Positions 11,807 to 23,406 are shown, counted from the stretch's first letter. The stretch is 64,000 nt of DNA from Takakia lepidozioides (GCA_030704615.1 CM060732.1:42160001-42224000), one strand, 5' to 3'. Program-made: numbers and translations. The notes: generated by a model from the sequence alone, not told the origin.

Positions 11807-12403
11807 TGTCAAGGACAAGAACATGACTGAACACAAACAAGAGATCAGACAAGAAATCAAGGTCGGCGTGGCCGAATGCACGATGAGTAAATAGGAATCA
11901 AGACGATATTTATAACAATGAACAAGAGTACAAGATATTGGAACACGACTTGAATACTGGAATGCTGGAAACTGGACTGGAGTACTAGATCCTTGAAACT
12001 GGGCTAGAATACTGGGAATTGGACTGTAGTACTGGGAACTGGAAACAAGAGTAGCTTGAACTGGTGTTGGCGAGACTGAAGAGTGTCCAGTCTCGCCTCC
12101 TATATATATTGGCTACTAAGAAGCTTCCCTAAGAAGCTTTCCCTATGGAGGTTGCTTGCTGGAGAAGTTTCCAAGATTAAACAAAGGTTTCTTGATGGAG
12201 AAGTTTCCTCCAAAGGAAGCTTCCTGAGCAGTTTCCCAAGTTACTCTTTGTAATTTGGTAAACTCCCGGTAACTTGGTAAGTAATGGTAAATCATGGTAG
12301 ATCATGGTAGATCACGGTAAGTCATGGTAACTTTCGGTAACATGGTAACTTGGTAACTTCTGGTATTTACTCCTGATAAGTTCCTCTGGGCTAGTCCGTG
12401 ACA
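11807..12403 (-). repeat. 5' LTR of the chromovirus
   Basis: TGTCA...TGACA, TATATATA at ~12101-12108, full-length similarity to the solo LTR at 19481-20057. Confidence 0.92.
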
Positions 12404-12704
12404 CTTGCCTTCAATCCATAGGAACAGATTTTTGCTCAGCCATTCGGTAATTTCCAACCCATGCGGCTTCTTGGGGTTCACGCATTTATCCGAGCTCGAC
12501 CACATGCAGACTCTGATCGGAGTGTATTGACCCCCTTTGACTGAAACCAAGTGTTTTTGGGCTCGCACTATTGTCTGAGATTGAGGGCATAAGTTTAGAG
12601 CATGACCAACGATTTTGTCTCTGCAGGTCTCAGTGACGTATATAACCTGTTGGGGTGCAGCCGTGCAGGAGAACCAAGTGTCTCGGAGTGGCAGAAGAGG
12701 ACCG
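12404..12704 (-). mobile_element. Upstream continuation of the interrupted LINE ORF2
   Basis: Open frame ...RAQKHLVSVKGG...NLFLWIEGK joins in frame to PLMALSLDPKEW at 5864 once the chromovirus and one TSD copy are removed. Confidence 0.7.
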
Positions 12705-13674
12705 TGTCATGGTTTTGTTTGTGATTAGTTAGAAATAGTTATTTCTAACTAATTAGGACATTATACATTTATATTTGTATTTTGTTGGCATTGGGACTTC
12801 ATTTGGTTCCATGTGCCAAGTGAGGTGGCGAACCTCACTTGGGACGTGGGGAGGTTATCTCCACGTAAGACGTAGGCAGGCTCGTCTTCTTCTAGTCGAG
12901 CCTCCCGAGGCCTCTCTCGCCGCCATAACTCTAGTACTTGAGATGAAGAGTGGGTGAGGTCTGTATGGTGGAGTCCTTTAGCAAATGTGCCATTGGCTTG
13001 ACTTATATAACGTGATAGAGTGGTTTCTCCTCTTTTCACCATTTCCGTATCACTAGAAGAAGACCTGCTTATATCTATGAGTGCAAGGTGTTAGCATAGT
13101 TAGCACTTGTGTGTGGAAGAGAGCTTGATAGATAGCTCTTAAGATACAAGGTGTTGCAGGGTTTGCAAGAAGAAAGCCTTGTGGTGTTTATGTACAAGAG
13201 GAGGTCTTCAAGGAGAGCCCCATTGAAAAGTTTGAGAGCTTGTGAAGAAGCTCTTGTTCTGCAAGTGTTGCAGGGTTTGAGGAGTTCAAGAAGAGCTCAG
13301 GTGTTAAGGAAGCAAGCGGTGCATGTGTGGAGCATGGTTTCAGCTTGTGGGAGTCTTCAACTTCAGCTTAGGAGAGCTATGAGTGGAGGTAGACATCTGA
13401 TTTCTCTTTGGGGCAAAATAGTGTATTTGTAGAGCATGCTTTGAGTTGGGGTTTCAATCCCAAGCTTGGGAAGAGCATGTCCATGGAAGTAGCAAGTGCA
13501 GGGCTGGATTAGGAGCTCTAAGATGTGCACTATGGCCATGGAAGGAAGCACTATGGAAGGAAGCACTATGAGTGCATGTGATGGCTAGAAGAGGGTATGC
13601 CATAGAAAGCTCAATAGTTTGTTCTATGCTTGTTTCAATAAGTTCCATAGAAAAAGAGAGCTTGTTGTGTGACA
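12705..13674 (+). repeat. Putative 5' LTR of the DNMT-bearing element
   Basis: Begins TGTCA and ends at a candidate TGACA (13670-13674). The first ~156 nt match 23766-23921 with no differences seen. TATATAA at ~13004. Confidence 0.7.
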
Positions 13675-13871
13675 AATAGCTTGCTCAGGGAGTTAGAGGC
13701 ACTCTTGGTGGCCTATTAATGCTCAAGAAACCAAGAACAACACCTCTGGTTACTCCATAGAAGCCATAGCTCGTTGCAGCAATCGCAGAGGCAAAGCGGC
13801 GCAAACCCTAGCTTGGGAACGCTTGGGAACGCGTGTGAACTCCTTAGGAACTCAAGGGAACGCGTGAGAAC

Positions 13872-14450
13872 GCCCTCACACAAAGCCTGAAACTCCCCCG
13901 AGAACTCTCTCCCCTGGTCCGTGAGTACCTCGGCTGGAGCTCCAAAATCGCTAAGCACTCGATCTAAGAATGCATACGCAGCCCCCTCACTTGCCTTGTC
14001 AGACAATGTCACCAGTTCAATCCATTTGGAGAAGTGTTCCACCAACACCAACACCAACACATACTTGTTGTGGCGAATCGTCAATGGCAATGGGCCTGCG
14101 AAGTCAAGACTCCAACGATAGCCCAAACCCATAATGGGTAAATGATGCAATTGTGGAGTAGGGGCGTTGAAAGAAGCCCGCACTCTATCACACATCATGC
14201 ACCTTGCCACTAACTGTTGCACATCTGTGTGCATGCCCCGCCACCAATACTGCGCTTGCAGCAAACTATGAGTGCGCCGCACCCCAAAATGTCCCAACTC
14301 CTCATGGGCATGGCGTACGCGCTCGTTGTGTTGGATGAGGCACAATCCTCACTCGTCCATCCTCCTATACCCGGAGTAGGTAAGTCCCCTCCCACTTGAA
14401 CATCTTGGCTCGTTGTAGGACTCGATCCCTCTCCTTAGCAATCACACTGG
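13872..14450 (-). pseudogene. Integrase N-terminal half (H2C2 + core) of the DNMT element
   Basis: HAHEELGHFGVRRT...YWWRGM...CMMC...WSLDFAGPLP...EHFSKWIE...VLTDQGREFSGEF, cut at the inversion breakpoint. Confidence 0.9.
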
Positions 14451-14628
14451 CTGCTGTCTCTTCGGTACGAAGGTATGCCAACACTACTGCATCTTCATGC
14501 ACATTCTTAGCACCACCAAACTCCTCACTAGTCTCTGGATCATCATGCACGCTATCTACATGACCAATCGTATGGGATGGACCAGCTTGAGCTCCCATTG
14601 CTAGAATGCACAAAAAGGCCGATGCATG

Positions 14629-15957
14629 TCATCCTGGCACCATCTCCTCATCCGTCTTCCCATGCCACCGAGCTTTAGTATCATCATGCTCGCTCGTGCA
14701 TGGATTACGACTCAATCCATCTGCATCCCGATTGACAATACCGGCTCGATGCACCACCTGGAAGTCGTACTCTTGAAGCATAAGTGCCCACCGTGCAAGC
14801 TTCCCTGTAAGCTTGTCTGACTCCATCAACCACTTCAATGGTTGGTGATCCATGACAAGGGTGAAGAGATTGCCATAGAGGTAGCATCTGAAATGTGCCA
14901 CTGCCCATATTGCAGCTAGACACTCCCCTTCATAGGAACTATACTTTGCCTCGGCATCATTGTTTGAGCGGCTAGCATATGCCACTACGAACTCTCTTCC
15001 CTCACCATCCACCTGTGTGAGCACTGCTCCAATCCCCAGCATACTCCAATCCGTATGTAGCTGGAAAGGCCGCCCCCGAATAGGCCGCCTCAGAATATGT
15101 GCAGAAGTCAATCGAGCCTTGAGTTCCTCAAAGGCTTGCTCCTGCTTCCTCCTCCCACTGCCACTCCTGACCCACCTTGGTCAACTTGGTAAGAGCCTTT
15201 GCAATGCTGCTAAATGCCTTGACAAACCGTCGATAGTAGTTTGCCAATCCCATGAAAGCACAAACTCTGCTCACATCCATGGGGCGTGGAATGCATGCAA
15301 TGATCTCCACTTTTGTCTATTGAAAACCCAATCCTCTAAGGTATATCATGTGGCTCAGATACTCAATCTGATTGTGGAAGAACTTGCACTTTCCGGGATG
15401 CAGTTTCAACCCGTGCGCTACCGAGCGAAGTCTAGCCCCACAAGAATCCTATCCATGACCCTCTGAAACTCTGCAGGAGTATTCTTCAACCCAAATGGTA
15501 AGAACCGCCATTGGTACAAACAATCCTTCCCATATTGGTCAATCCCCCAGAATGCCGTCTTTTGCTTGTCAGCCTCTTTGATTGGCAACTGGTGGTAACC
15601 GGATCGCAAGTCCAATGTGTTAAACACCTTTGCATGCCCAATGGCATCAAAGATCTCCTCTGGAGTTGACATGACATATCTATCGGACTTAGTCTGACGG
15701 TTCACAGGACGATAGTCCCCACACATCCTTCTTTCGGTCCAATTGCCATAGATATCCTTCTTAGCTGGCATCACCGTTGCCGAGGCATACTCCCCGCCTG
15801 ACAACTCCATCAATCCAGCTTCGAACAACTCCATAGTCCGTGACTGGATCAATGACCTCTTCATGTCACTATACCGGTAGGGCCTTCGAAAGATTGGCGT
15901 GTCACTTGCCAAATCAATACAAATCTCCTGACCCTTCAAACTATCCAAATCCTTCAA
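14629..15957 (-). pseudogene. Reverse transcriptase and RNase H of the DNMT element
   Basis: PIFRRPYRYS...RRMCGDYRPVN...LDLRSGYHQ...PFGLKNTPAEFQRVMD; GLANYYRRFV; LHTDWS..GIGAVLTQ...YASRS...YEGECLA...DHQPL...LARWAL.LQEYDF. The YxDD segment appears deleted near 15415. Confidence 0.92.
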
Positions 15958-16489
15958 TCCGAAGGCAAAGCAATTCTTATAAGCCCTTAGAAATCGCTGG
16001 ATCCTCCGTCTCTCTCCTCCGGTGACTGTAGGTCCAACATCTGGTTCCCAATTGTCCTCAGTGACTGCAACCTTGGGTACACCAGGCTTGGAGGTATGAG
16101 ACGAATCCTTTGGTTACTAGATAGCAACCTCTTGGGCCTTGTCCGCCCAATCTGACTGTGGCGTAGCCTCCACTTGCTCCGCCGTAGCCACCTTCAGAAC
16201 ATCCTCTGAGCAAGAAACATTCTCAACCTCTTCAAAAACCTTGGCCTCCAACTGATCCTCAGTCCATGGCTCTCCCCACTCCTCATACTGCTGCTTGAGA
16301 GATCTAATGACTCTCTCTTTGCGCATCTGCCATGGGTGTTTGCAACCCTCGATCCTGTGCTCGCCCCCACTCACTGCCTCAACCGTTCCGGTTGGCAGGG
16401 AGAATGCACTATCCAATGGGAGTGCAGAAGTAGCCATCAATGCTTGCAATCTCCGTTGCTCAGCCATGCACAAGCCAATTATCCATGTC

Positions 16490-17420
16490 AAGCAATTTAG
16501 ATCCATTGCTTGACCCAACATGTGGCGGCGTGATGCCTCTGACAGAGCTGACACATCTGTAGTTCCGGTGACAAATCCCATTGCCCGCTCTCCCTCATCC
16601 GCATTGGGCTCATTGCTGTAGCACATTGTCCCAAATCAACCCAGGACCATTGTCTCGGAAAGCATGAGACGAGGGAAAGCTCATGAGCGTAGGCAAGGCC
16701 GCACGTGGCTGCCCCACTTGATTGACCACTGCTAGAGGTGGACGGTCATCATGTCGCACCCTCTATGGTTATCTCCCTTGGTCCAAAATGCCCTCAACCG
16801 TGAGATTGGGTGACCGATGAATGGAATTGTATGCTCTCTTGAGCAGCTCTGGTGGTGCAAGATTGGTCCACCACAATCGAGGTCGATGCAAGCATGATCC
16901 CACCGCTGCTGCATCCAATAGCACAGCCGATTCAATCCAAGACCGCACCTGATGCACACTGGCCATTACCCTGGCCCGAGAATCCCCCATAAGAGGAACA
17001 TTCTCCAAGATATAGCCTAGAGGTTGCACTTGCCTCGTCTGAAGTCCCGCAACACTCGCAACATCTCCCAAAACAAATGCGATCGTGCATCATGCAAGCC
17101 ATTCCCATGACCTGCAGGAGGGTGTCCTTGGCAAGGCCATCCGGCTATCACCAAGTCAATGGAACCATGCCGCTGCAAATCATCCGCCCCCAGCAAAGTA
17201 ATGTCTGTTGGCAAGGCCTTTTGATACCCTTGAACTGCTGAGAGAGGCAACAACTCAGGATACCAGTGTGTGAGCAAGGCAATGTGGCGCATGGAAATAC
17301 GCCGAGCAATCTCATCCTTCTCCACATACAAATATTTGCGTACTTTAATCCCTGCTTGCAACACTCCTGCAAGCCCAGTGCTCATGCCTCCAAACAGGTC
17401 TAGCAAACAAATCCCTGAAT
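16490..17420 (-). pseudogene. DNA (cytosine-5)-methyltransferase catalytic domain, DNMT3-like, within pol
   Basis: Motif I LDLFGGMSTG (~17380-17400), II YVEKD, III DIT, IV DLVIAGWPCQG (17125-17142), LFWE..R, VI ILENV (16997-17005), VIII HRPRLWWTNL (~16859-16888), IX ERAMGF..GTT, X RRHMLGQAMD (~16500-16530). One frameshift near 17050, another near 16630, and two stops near 16763-16771. Confidence 0.92.
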
Positions 17421-17829
17421 CAGGTGGTTGCCAGGTAATGGGCACTGTGTCCAAAGGAGCTAACTCAGGAGGTCCAGGTGATGTCACTGAACTCCCCTCA
17501 CTCATCAATGGAAAGGCCTGCTGCCATGCTTGGTGCACACACTCACCTGCTACTCGATGCAAATTCCCAACCGTACTCCACAGTGGAATATGCACAGGCA
17601 CATGAGGAAGCAGATCAGCCTTGTATGCCAATTGTTTGTCATCATTAGGTGATGGCCCATCATCTGCATGGCTATTGCCCTCCAAGAGCTCACCACCCCA
17701 AGCCACTACCCTTGAAAATGCAGCCAATGTGGGCATCATGTTCATTTGATCCACCGCTACATTCCCAATAAACCACACTGAGAGCAGTGCACGTCGACCA
17801 TCTCCTGACTGCCATTCCGGCCTATAGGA

Positions 17830-18140
17830 TGCCGTTTCCTCCCAAAAGTCCAAAGTAAAGCCCATGGGGTATAACACAGCCCCACCAACAAGCACATCAT
17901 AGGACATCGCATCCGTAACAATGGCTTTGGCTCTCATGACTGAGCCATCCGTAGGATGATCTAGCTGCAATCGAATGAAGAGCTCATGGCGTGTAATCCC
18001 TCGTGCCTTATCTGAACCACCCAAAGATGTTTGAATTTGGAAAGGGCAAGGCTCCAAATCCGCCTCTATAAGGCCCAAACCTGCAATTGCTACTCTTCCC
18101 AATATCAATGGTTATGCTCCCGGGTCCAACAAGACCCGTA
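17830..18140 (-). pseudogene. Retropepsin-like aspartic protease of the DNMT element
   Basis: RVLLDPGA*PLILG (D-[S/T]-G-A site, degenerate) ... YDVLVGGAVLYPMGFTLDF, in frame with the downstream MTase. Confidence 0.75.
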
Positions 18141-18939
18141 GTGGCCTATATTTCCTTCCGGCTGGGCCACCCAACTGAAACACACCATCCTGATTGTCCA
18201 CCAGGACTACCCCAAGAGTCACCATACAACGTTCAATGGCTGGTCTAGCTGACAACTCCTGCAACCTTGCAGCTGCCGCTTGCCATGGTGCAGCTGTGGC
18301 TGTCTTCACCCTTGAGTCCATGACATCCATGCACTGCACATTATCCGCTATCCCCGCAGATAGTGCCAATGCATTACCACTCTCACAGAGTCTAGCTGCT
18401 AGTCTGAACATAGCAGCTCGCCGAATCCCCGGCATTGCAATGGTCATCGCAGAAAACAATGGAGCTTGGCAAACTGCCGTAGCCGCCCCCAACAATGTAC
18501 TAACTGCACCCTGCTTTGCAGCACCACCCACTGGCATTTCCCGAGCCACGTCACCAACTCTTCCCACTGGTACTCGTGGCTCTACCTCTGATATACTTCG
18601 GTGAGCGGGTACCATTGATGGCGTAGTTGGCACTGTCTCAGCCAATGTGAAAGACTGTGGAAGCCTTGTCTGTCGACTTGCTTCCCATCTTTGTGGATCA
18701 AAATCCACATCTGCTCCTCTTGGCTCAGAAGCACGCGTTGTTGCTCGAGTGATAGCAACTGCAGAGTCCACATGCAATGGTCTTGCAAGTGCGGCTCCAC
18801 ACATGAAGCCCGTACCAATCTGGTCTTCCTTAGGCATAGGCGGTTGTGCAAGTAGGGCTTGAACCTCAGGCCTTGGAGCTGGTGCAATATGCGTAGTGGC
18901 CATGGTAGCAAGACGTTGCTCTAGCTGGGTATCTACCAT

Positions 18940-20907
18940 GCCTTGGTCATGACCTTGACCTTAACCTTGTGCTCCCTGGTTTTGGTTACGACCTCCACCG
19001 CGATCTCTGCCTCATCTACCTCTCTGGACTACATTGTCTCGTTCTCGGCCACCATTGTTCCCTTGGAACTGGCCTGGCCGTAGCTCAGGATGCAAGTCAT
19101 AACAATGGGCCTCCTCATGTCCATACTTGCCACAATGTCCGCACTGTAGTTGTGTAGGTTGTGCCTGTACCGGCCCTTTGTCTCTCTCCGGGCAATCTCT
19201 CTTAACATGGGGTCCTCCACAATCCCAACATGTCATACCCGACTATTGTTGGCCAGAGAATGAAGGAAGTGACCTCTGAAATTGAGATCATCTCTGTCCT
19301 TTCCTGGGCTTTGTCTGAGCCCTCTTGTTGCCTTGAGCACGTTGGGGTAGTGGTTGTTGTTGGCTAGGAGCCCCGCTTCATTGTGTCTCCTTACCAAACC
19401 CCACCATGACCACTCGCTCCTCCACCATATTGAGCTCTATCCGCTCTGCCAGCAAAAACACGTTTGCTAAGGTGGGTTACTGTCAAGGACGAGAATATGA
19501 CTAAACACAACAAGAGATAAAACTAGAGGTACAAGGCTAGACAAGAAGTCAAGGTCGGCGTGACTGAGGGCACGATGAGTAAATAGGAATCAAGACGATC
19601 TTTATAACAATGAACAAGAGTACAAGATATTGGAACACGACTTGAATACTGGAATGCTGGAAACTGGACTGGAGTTTCAGATAACTGGGAACTGGAAACA
19701 AGAGTAGCTTGAACTGGTGTTGGCGAGACTGAAGAGTGTCCAAACTCGCCTCCTATATATACTGGCTACTAAGAAGCTTCCCCAAGAAGCTTCCTCTATG
19801 GAGGTTTCTTGCTGGAGAAGCTTCCAAGATTAAACAAAGGTTTCTTGATGGAGAAGTTTCCTCCAAATGAAGCTTCCTGAGTAGTTTCCCAAGTTACTCT
19901 TGGTAATTTGGTAAACTCTCGGTAACTTGATAAGTAATGGTAAATCATGGTAGATCATGGTAAATCACGGTAAGTCATGGTAACTTCCGATAACATGGTA
20001 ACTTGATAACTTCTGGTATTTACTCCTGGTATGTTCTTCTGGGCTATGTCCGTGACAGGTTGGTCCACTTGTAGGAGAGTTGCATCCCGCACCCTTCTCC
20101 TTTGCTTCTTGTCTAATATCCCATACCAGAATTGGACTGCTTGAGCTTCCGTAACCCCTTGGGTCAATTTATCAATCGCCTCATGCGCGTGTAAGCCTTT
20201 CTCAAACTCTTAGTAGGCTTGCGCTATAACTCTTGCAAGCTCTGCAATTTCTCTATCATTATCCCCTGGTAGTTTCTCCTCAACTCCTCGAAGAACTCCA
20301 CAACTGGGTTAAAGGCAGGCACGGGTGCTGGTGCTGTAGCAGGAGCTTGGGTGGATTTCCCAGCTCCATCTTTACTTGTCCCACTACTAGTGCTTGTAGT
20401 TGGGGATGTTGGTGTAGCTACTGGTATCGCCGCTGCCCTTATGCCTCTAGTGATGGAGATATAGTCAGGTGACCAATATTTTCGTCACTCCTCAATTCCC
20501 ACCTCATTTCCCCACCTAAACTCATGGTAGTCATCCATAGGCGGCCCCTCAATGTGCTGAAACAGCCCCTTCCACGCCATAAAAGACGTAAACAGTTGTG
20601 GATTGCGCATCTGCTGCAAATCACACCAACTATCAAACTCATGTATGAAATCATCAAGCTTGATGGTGCCCACAGCTCCCGAGTACCAACGTGGCCCCTT
20701 GGTAGCTCCATACATTTCCTCCATCGTATCCCACAACAATGGCACGGAAATGGCTTGCACCCTCGGCGAGAATCCTCCTAACTCTGAATCTGAACCTTCC
20801 TCAGAAGACACTGAAGGTGAAGGTGGCCTAAACTGCACACCTCGTCTTGTATACCCACAAGTATCGCTAGTGCTCGTACCGGCACTATCCTCAGCAACTG
20901 GTGGCAC
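18940..20907 (-). pseudogene. gag of the DNMT element (interrupted by a solo LTR)
   Basis: IKLDDFIHEFDSWCD..., VTEAQAVQFWYGILDK, and two zinc knuckles CWDCGGPHVKRDC and CGHCGKYGHEEAHC (~19090-19230). The frame QVDQP|TLANVFLLAERIE rejoins across the solo LTR. Confidence 0.82.
19481..20057 (-). mobile_element. Solo LTR of the chromovirus family
   Basis: TGTCA...TGACA, collinear with 11807-12403, no internal sequence; imperfect flanking duplication (GGTTAC left, GGTTGG right). Confidence 0.9.
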
Positions 20908-21639
20908 CTCCGTGATGAAAACTCACACTCAAACCGGCTATCAACTCGTCTCTAATCCTCATTTCCACAAGGTAACCGGGTACCTATTGCGGCTTATGGT
21001 TTGGAATACTAGGTTCCTATTCTGAACCTGCACCTGCACCTGCATCCACCGCATGCACTCCTATGGTCTGCTGGTCATCAACCCAGCCTTACCATAAGAG
21101 AAACAATGATGGTCTGCTGATCATCACCCCGGCCTCACCACCGAAAGCACGCTCTAGGATTGGCCGGCCACAATATTTTCGGCACAACCACCTATAAAAG
21201 CAAGCGCCCAAACCAAACGAGCATGGCGCACAGTCAAGCATGCATGTGTGGGAGGAGGATCCAAACACAGGAAACTCAAACAACAACACCTCCCACAGCT
21301 TAAATCCATCGATCTCCTTGCGGCTTCAATAAACCTGCAAAATGACCAAGTTTCTATCCAAACTAGCTCTGCCTCCGCTTACGGAAAAGCTTTGGTCTAC
21401 AAGAATGATGGAAGACTATAGAGAAGGGAAGCTAAAGCAATCTCTAAGCCCATAATGCTCTCATCCCATTACTCCCCCTATCTTCATACTCACTCTTGCT
21501 CAAGCAATAGATAAGACTATCCTTAAAGGACCTCTCAAATAACTCTCAAAAGCCCTCAAATTATTGCCATGAACTTCTGAAATCTGCCCTCAATCAGCCC
21601 CTAACATAGACCCACCGAGGTTCAAGAAGTTCACAAACT

Positions 21640-22100
21640 TGGACTCTAAACAGTCCACCAAAATGCCCTAGGCGCCCACCAATTAGTGGCCTCTAGGGTC
21701 TCCAACCAGCCCCCACAATGGCTCCACAAGCCTGCCGAATATGGCCTCCAAACAGCCCTTAAGAAGCTCTTCAAATCTGCCAAGTATTGGCCTCCAAGGA
21801 CCTCTAATAGTCCCCCAAAGAGCTCTTAGAAAACTCCACAAGCCTGCCCAATATGGGCTTCCAAGGACCTCCAATCGTCCTCCAACCAGCCCTCACAAGG
21901 CTCCACAGGCCTGCCAAACATTGGCCTCAAAGGACCCCAAATAGTCCTTCAAACAACCCCAAACAGGCTCCACAAGCCTGCAAGATATTGGCTTCAATAG
22001 ACCCCAAATAGTCCTCAAAGCAGGCCCCAATACCTGCAAGATATTGGCCTCAATAGCCCCAAATAGTCCTCAAACAAGCCCCCAAAAGGCTCCAAAAATA
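21640..22100. repeat. Degenerate tandem repeats in the element leader
   Basis: Recurrent GGCTCCACAAGCCTGC..ATATTGGCCTCAA..CCCCAAATAGTCC units of roughly 60 nt. Confidence 0.7.
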
Positions 22101-22109
22101 TCCAGAGTC

Positions 22110-22620
22110 AGTCGATTTTTCATCCGTCACTGACCAAATTTCATCCAAAACCACGATTTCTTATCCGCAGGTTCGATACTTCATCCGCCGCGATAGGTCA
22201 TCCGTCGGTGCGATATTTCATCCATTGGCGCAGTTTCATCCGTCGCCGTGATTTTTCATCCGATGGCACGATAGTTCATCTGCTGACGCAGTTTCATCCG
22301 TCGCCGTGATTTTTCATCCGATAGCGCGATAGTTCATCTGCTGCCACGATTTCATCCGCTGACGCAGTTTCATTTTCTTCTTGGCTGGGGCTGCACCTGA
22401 TGCACCCTTACTTGCCTAGGTTCTCTTGCAGCTGTCCTCGCCGCGATTTTGCATCCGATAGCGCAATAGTTAATCCGCTGACGAGATTTCATCCGTCGTC
22501 GCGAGTTTTCATCCGATAGTGCGATAGTTCATCCGCTGGCGCAATTTCATTCTTTGCAACCGATTCTCATCCAAGAGCGCCGAGTTTCATCCACTGGTTC
22601 AATAGTTCATCCGATTGGAC
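22110..22620. repeat. CpG-rich ~20-nt-period tandem array (core TTCATCCG)
   Basis: Many copies of TTCATCCG/TTCATCTG about 20 nt apart, with a higher-order ~60-nt unit (CGCAGTTTCATCCGTCGCCGTGATTTTTCATCCGAT occurs twice). Confidence 0.85.
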
Positions 22621-22694
22621 AATGGTGGTGCTCCCAACTCTGGGACAATGTTCCCACGCGTTCTCATGCGTTCCCACGAGTTCCCAATGAGTTC

Positions 22695-23230
22695 CTTGAT
22701 AGATCACCGCACTACTTCTCGGGATCATCCCGAGGCTGATGGCTTGGCAGAGAGAGTTGTCCGGACAGTCAAGAGAGGTTTTGCGCAAGTACGGTTTGCA
22801 GAAGGGACACCTAGGAGATTGGGACCTTCAACTGCCTTGGCTAGCTATGGGCTATAGGTTCAGCAAACAAGCTTCACTTGCCTCCTTCTCACCTTACTTT
22901 CTTCTTTTCGGCCGAGAGCCGGATTTGCCTGCATCTATTCGCATGGAGGCTGCAATAGTTCTCAACCTTGATGATCCGGATACACATTGAGGTACGCCAC
23001 TATACGTGGAGGGGGATATCGGCCAAGTGTTCGGCGTTTCCACCCTGGGGACTATGTGTATCTGCAGCAGACAACACCTACGATTTTGGATATCACCACA
23101 TGACGTGTGATTCTAAGGGTCAGGGAGGTGTTGCCTTCAGGAGTGTTGATTCTGGAGGGTCGAGATGGCATGGTATGGAAGGACCATGTGCGCAATTGTG
23201 CGCCATGTCACCTTCCACATGTGGATGGGA
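22695..23230 (+). pseudogene. Integrase C-terminal half of the DNMT element
   Basis: LIDHRTTSRDHPEADGLAERVVRTVKRG...WDLQLPWLAMGYRFSKQASLASFSPYFLLFGREP, then ILRVREVLPSGVLILEGRDG...H..NCAPCH. Confidence 0.88.
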
Positions 23231-23271
23231 GGATAGATCCAAACCTTGCAGTGGTACCTGCAGGGTTGCGT

Positions 23272-23406
23272 TGCATGCTATGTGGGCATGCTGGTGGCGC
23301 CGCAACCATGTTGGTGTATGACAAATGCTCAAGGGGGTGGCACATGGGATGCTTGACACCGCCACTTGAGGAGGTTCATATCGGAGAATGATTGTGTCCA
23401 CGATGC
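23272..23406 (+). pseudogene. PHD finger at the pol C-terminus
   Basis: CMLC......ATMLV(Y)DKCSRGWHMGCLTPPLEEVHIGE*LCPRC fits the C4HC3 pattern with one C->Y change and W->stop. Confidence 0.85.

Larger units (their letters stand above)
5865..12403 (-). mobile_element. Ty3/gypsy chromovirus (Tcn1/sushi-like), degenerate, full length
   Basis: TGTCA...TGACA ends and 5-bp TSD CTTGC (5860-5864 and 12404-12408). Order on the minus strand is gag, protease, RT, RNase H, integrase, chromodomain. The LINE reading frame resumes across it (LWIEGK|PLMALSLDPKEWSW). Confidence 0.93.

Noticed and set aside
16490-17420. Host DNMT3/DRM gene or bacterial restriction-modification contaminant
   Set aside because: Intronless, in frame with a retroviral-type protease, flanked by RT, no cognate endonuclease, and embedded in plant genomic context.
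22110-22620. CRISPR-like array
   Set aside because: The core is only ~8 nt, the spacers are related to each other, there are no cas genes and the context is eukaryotic.
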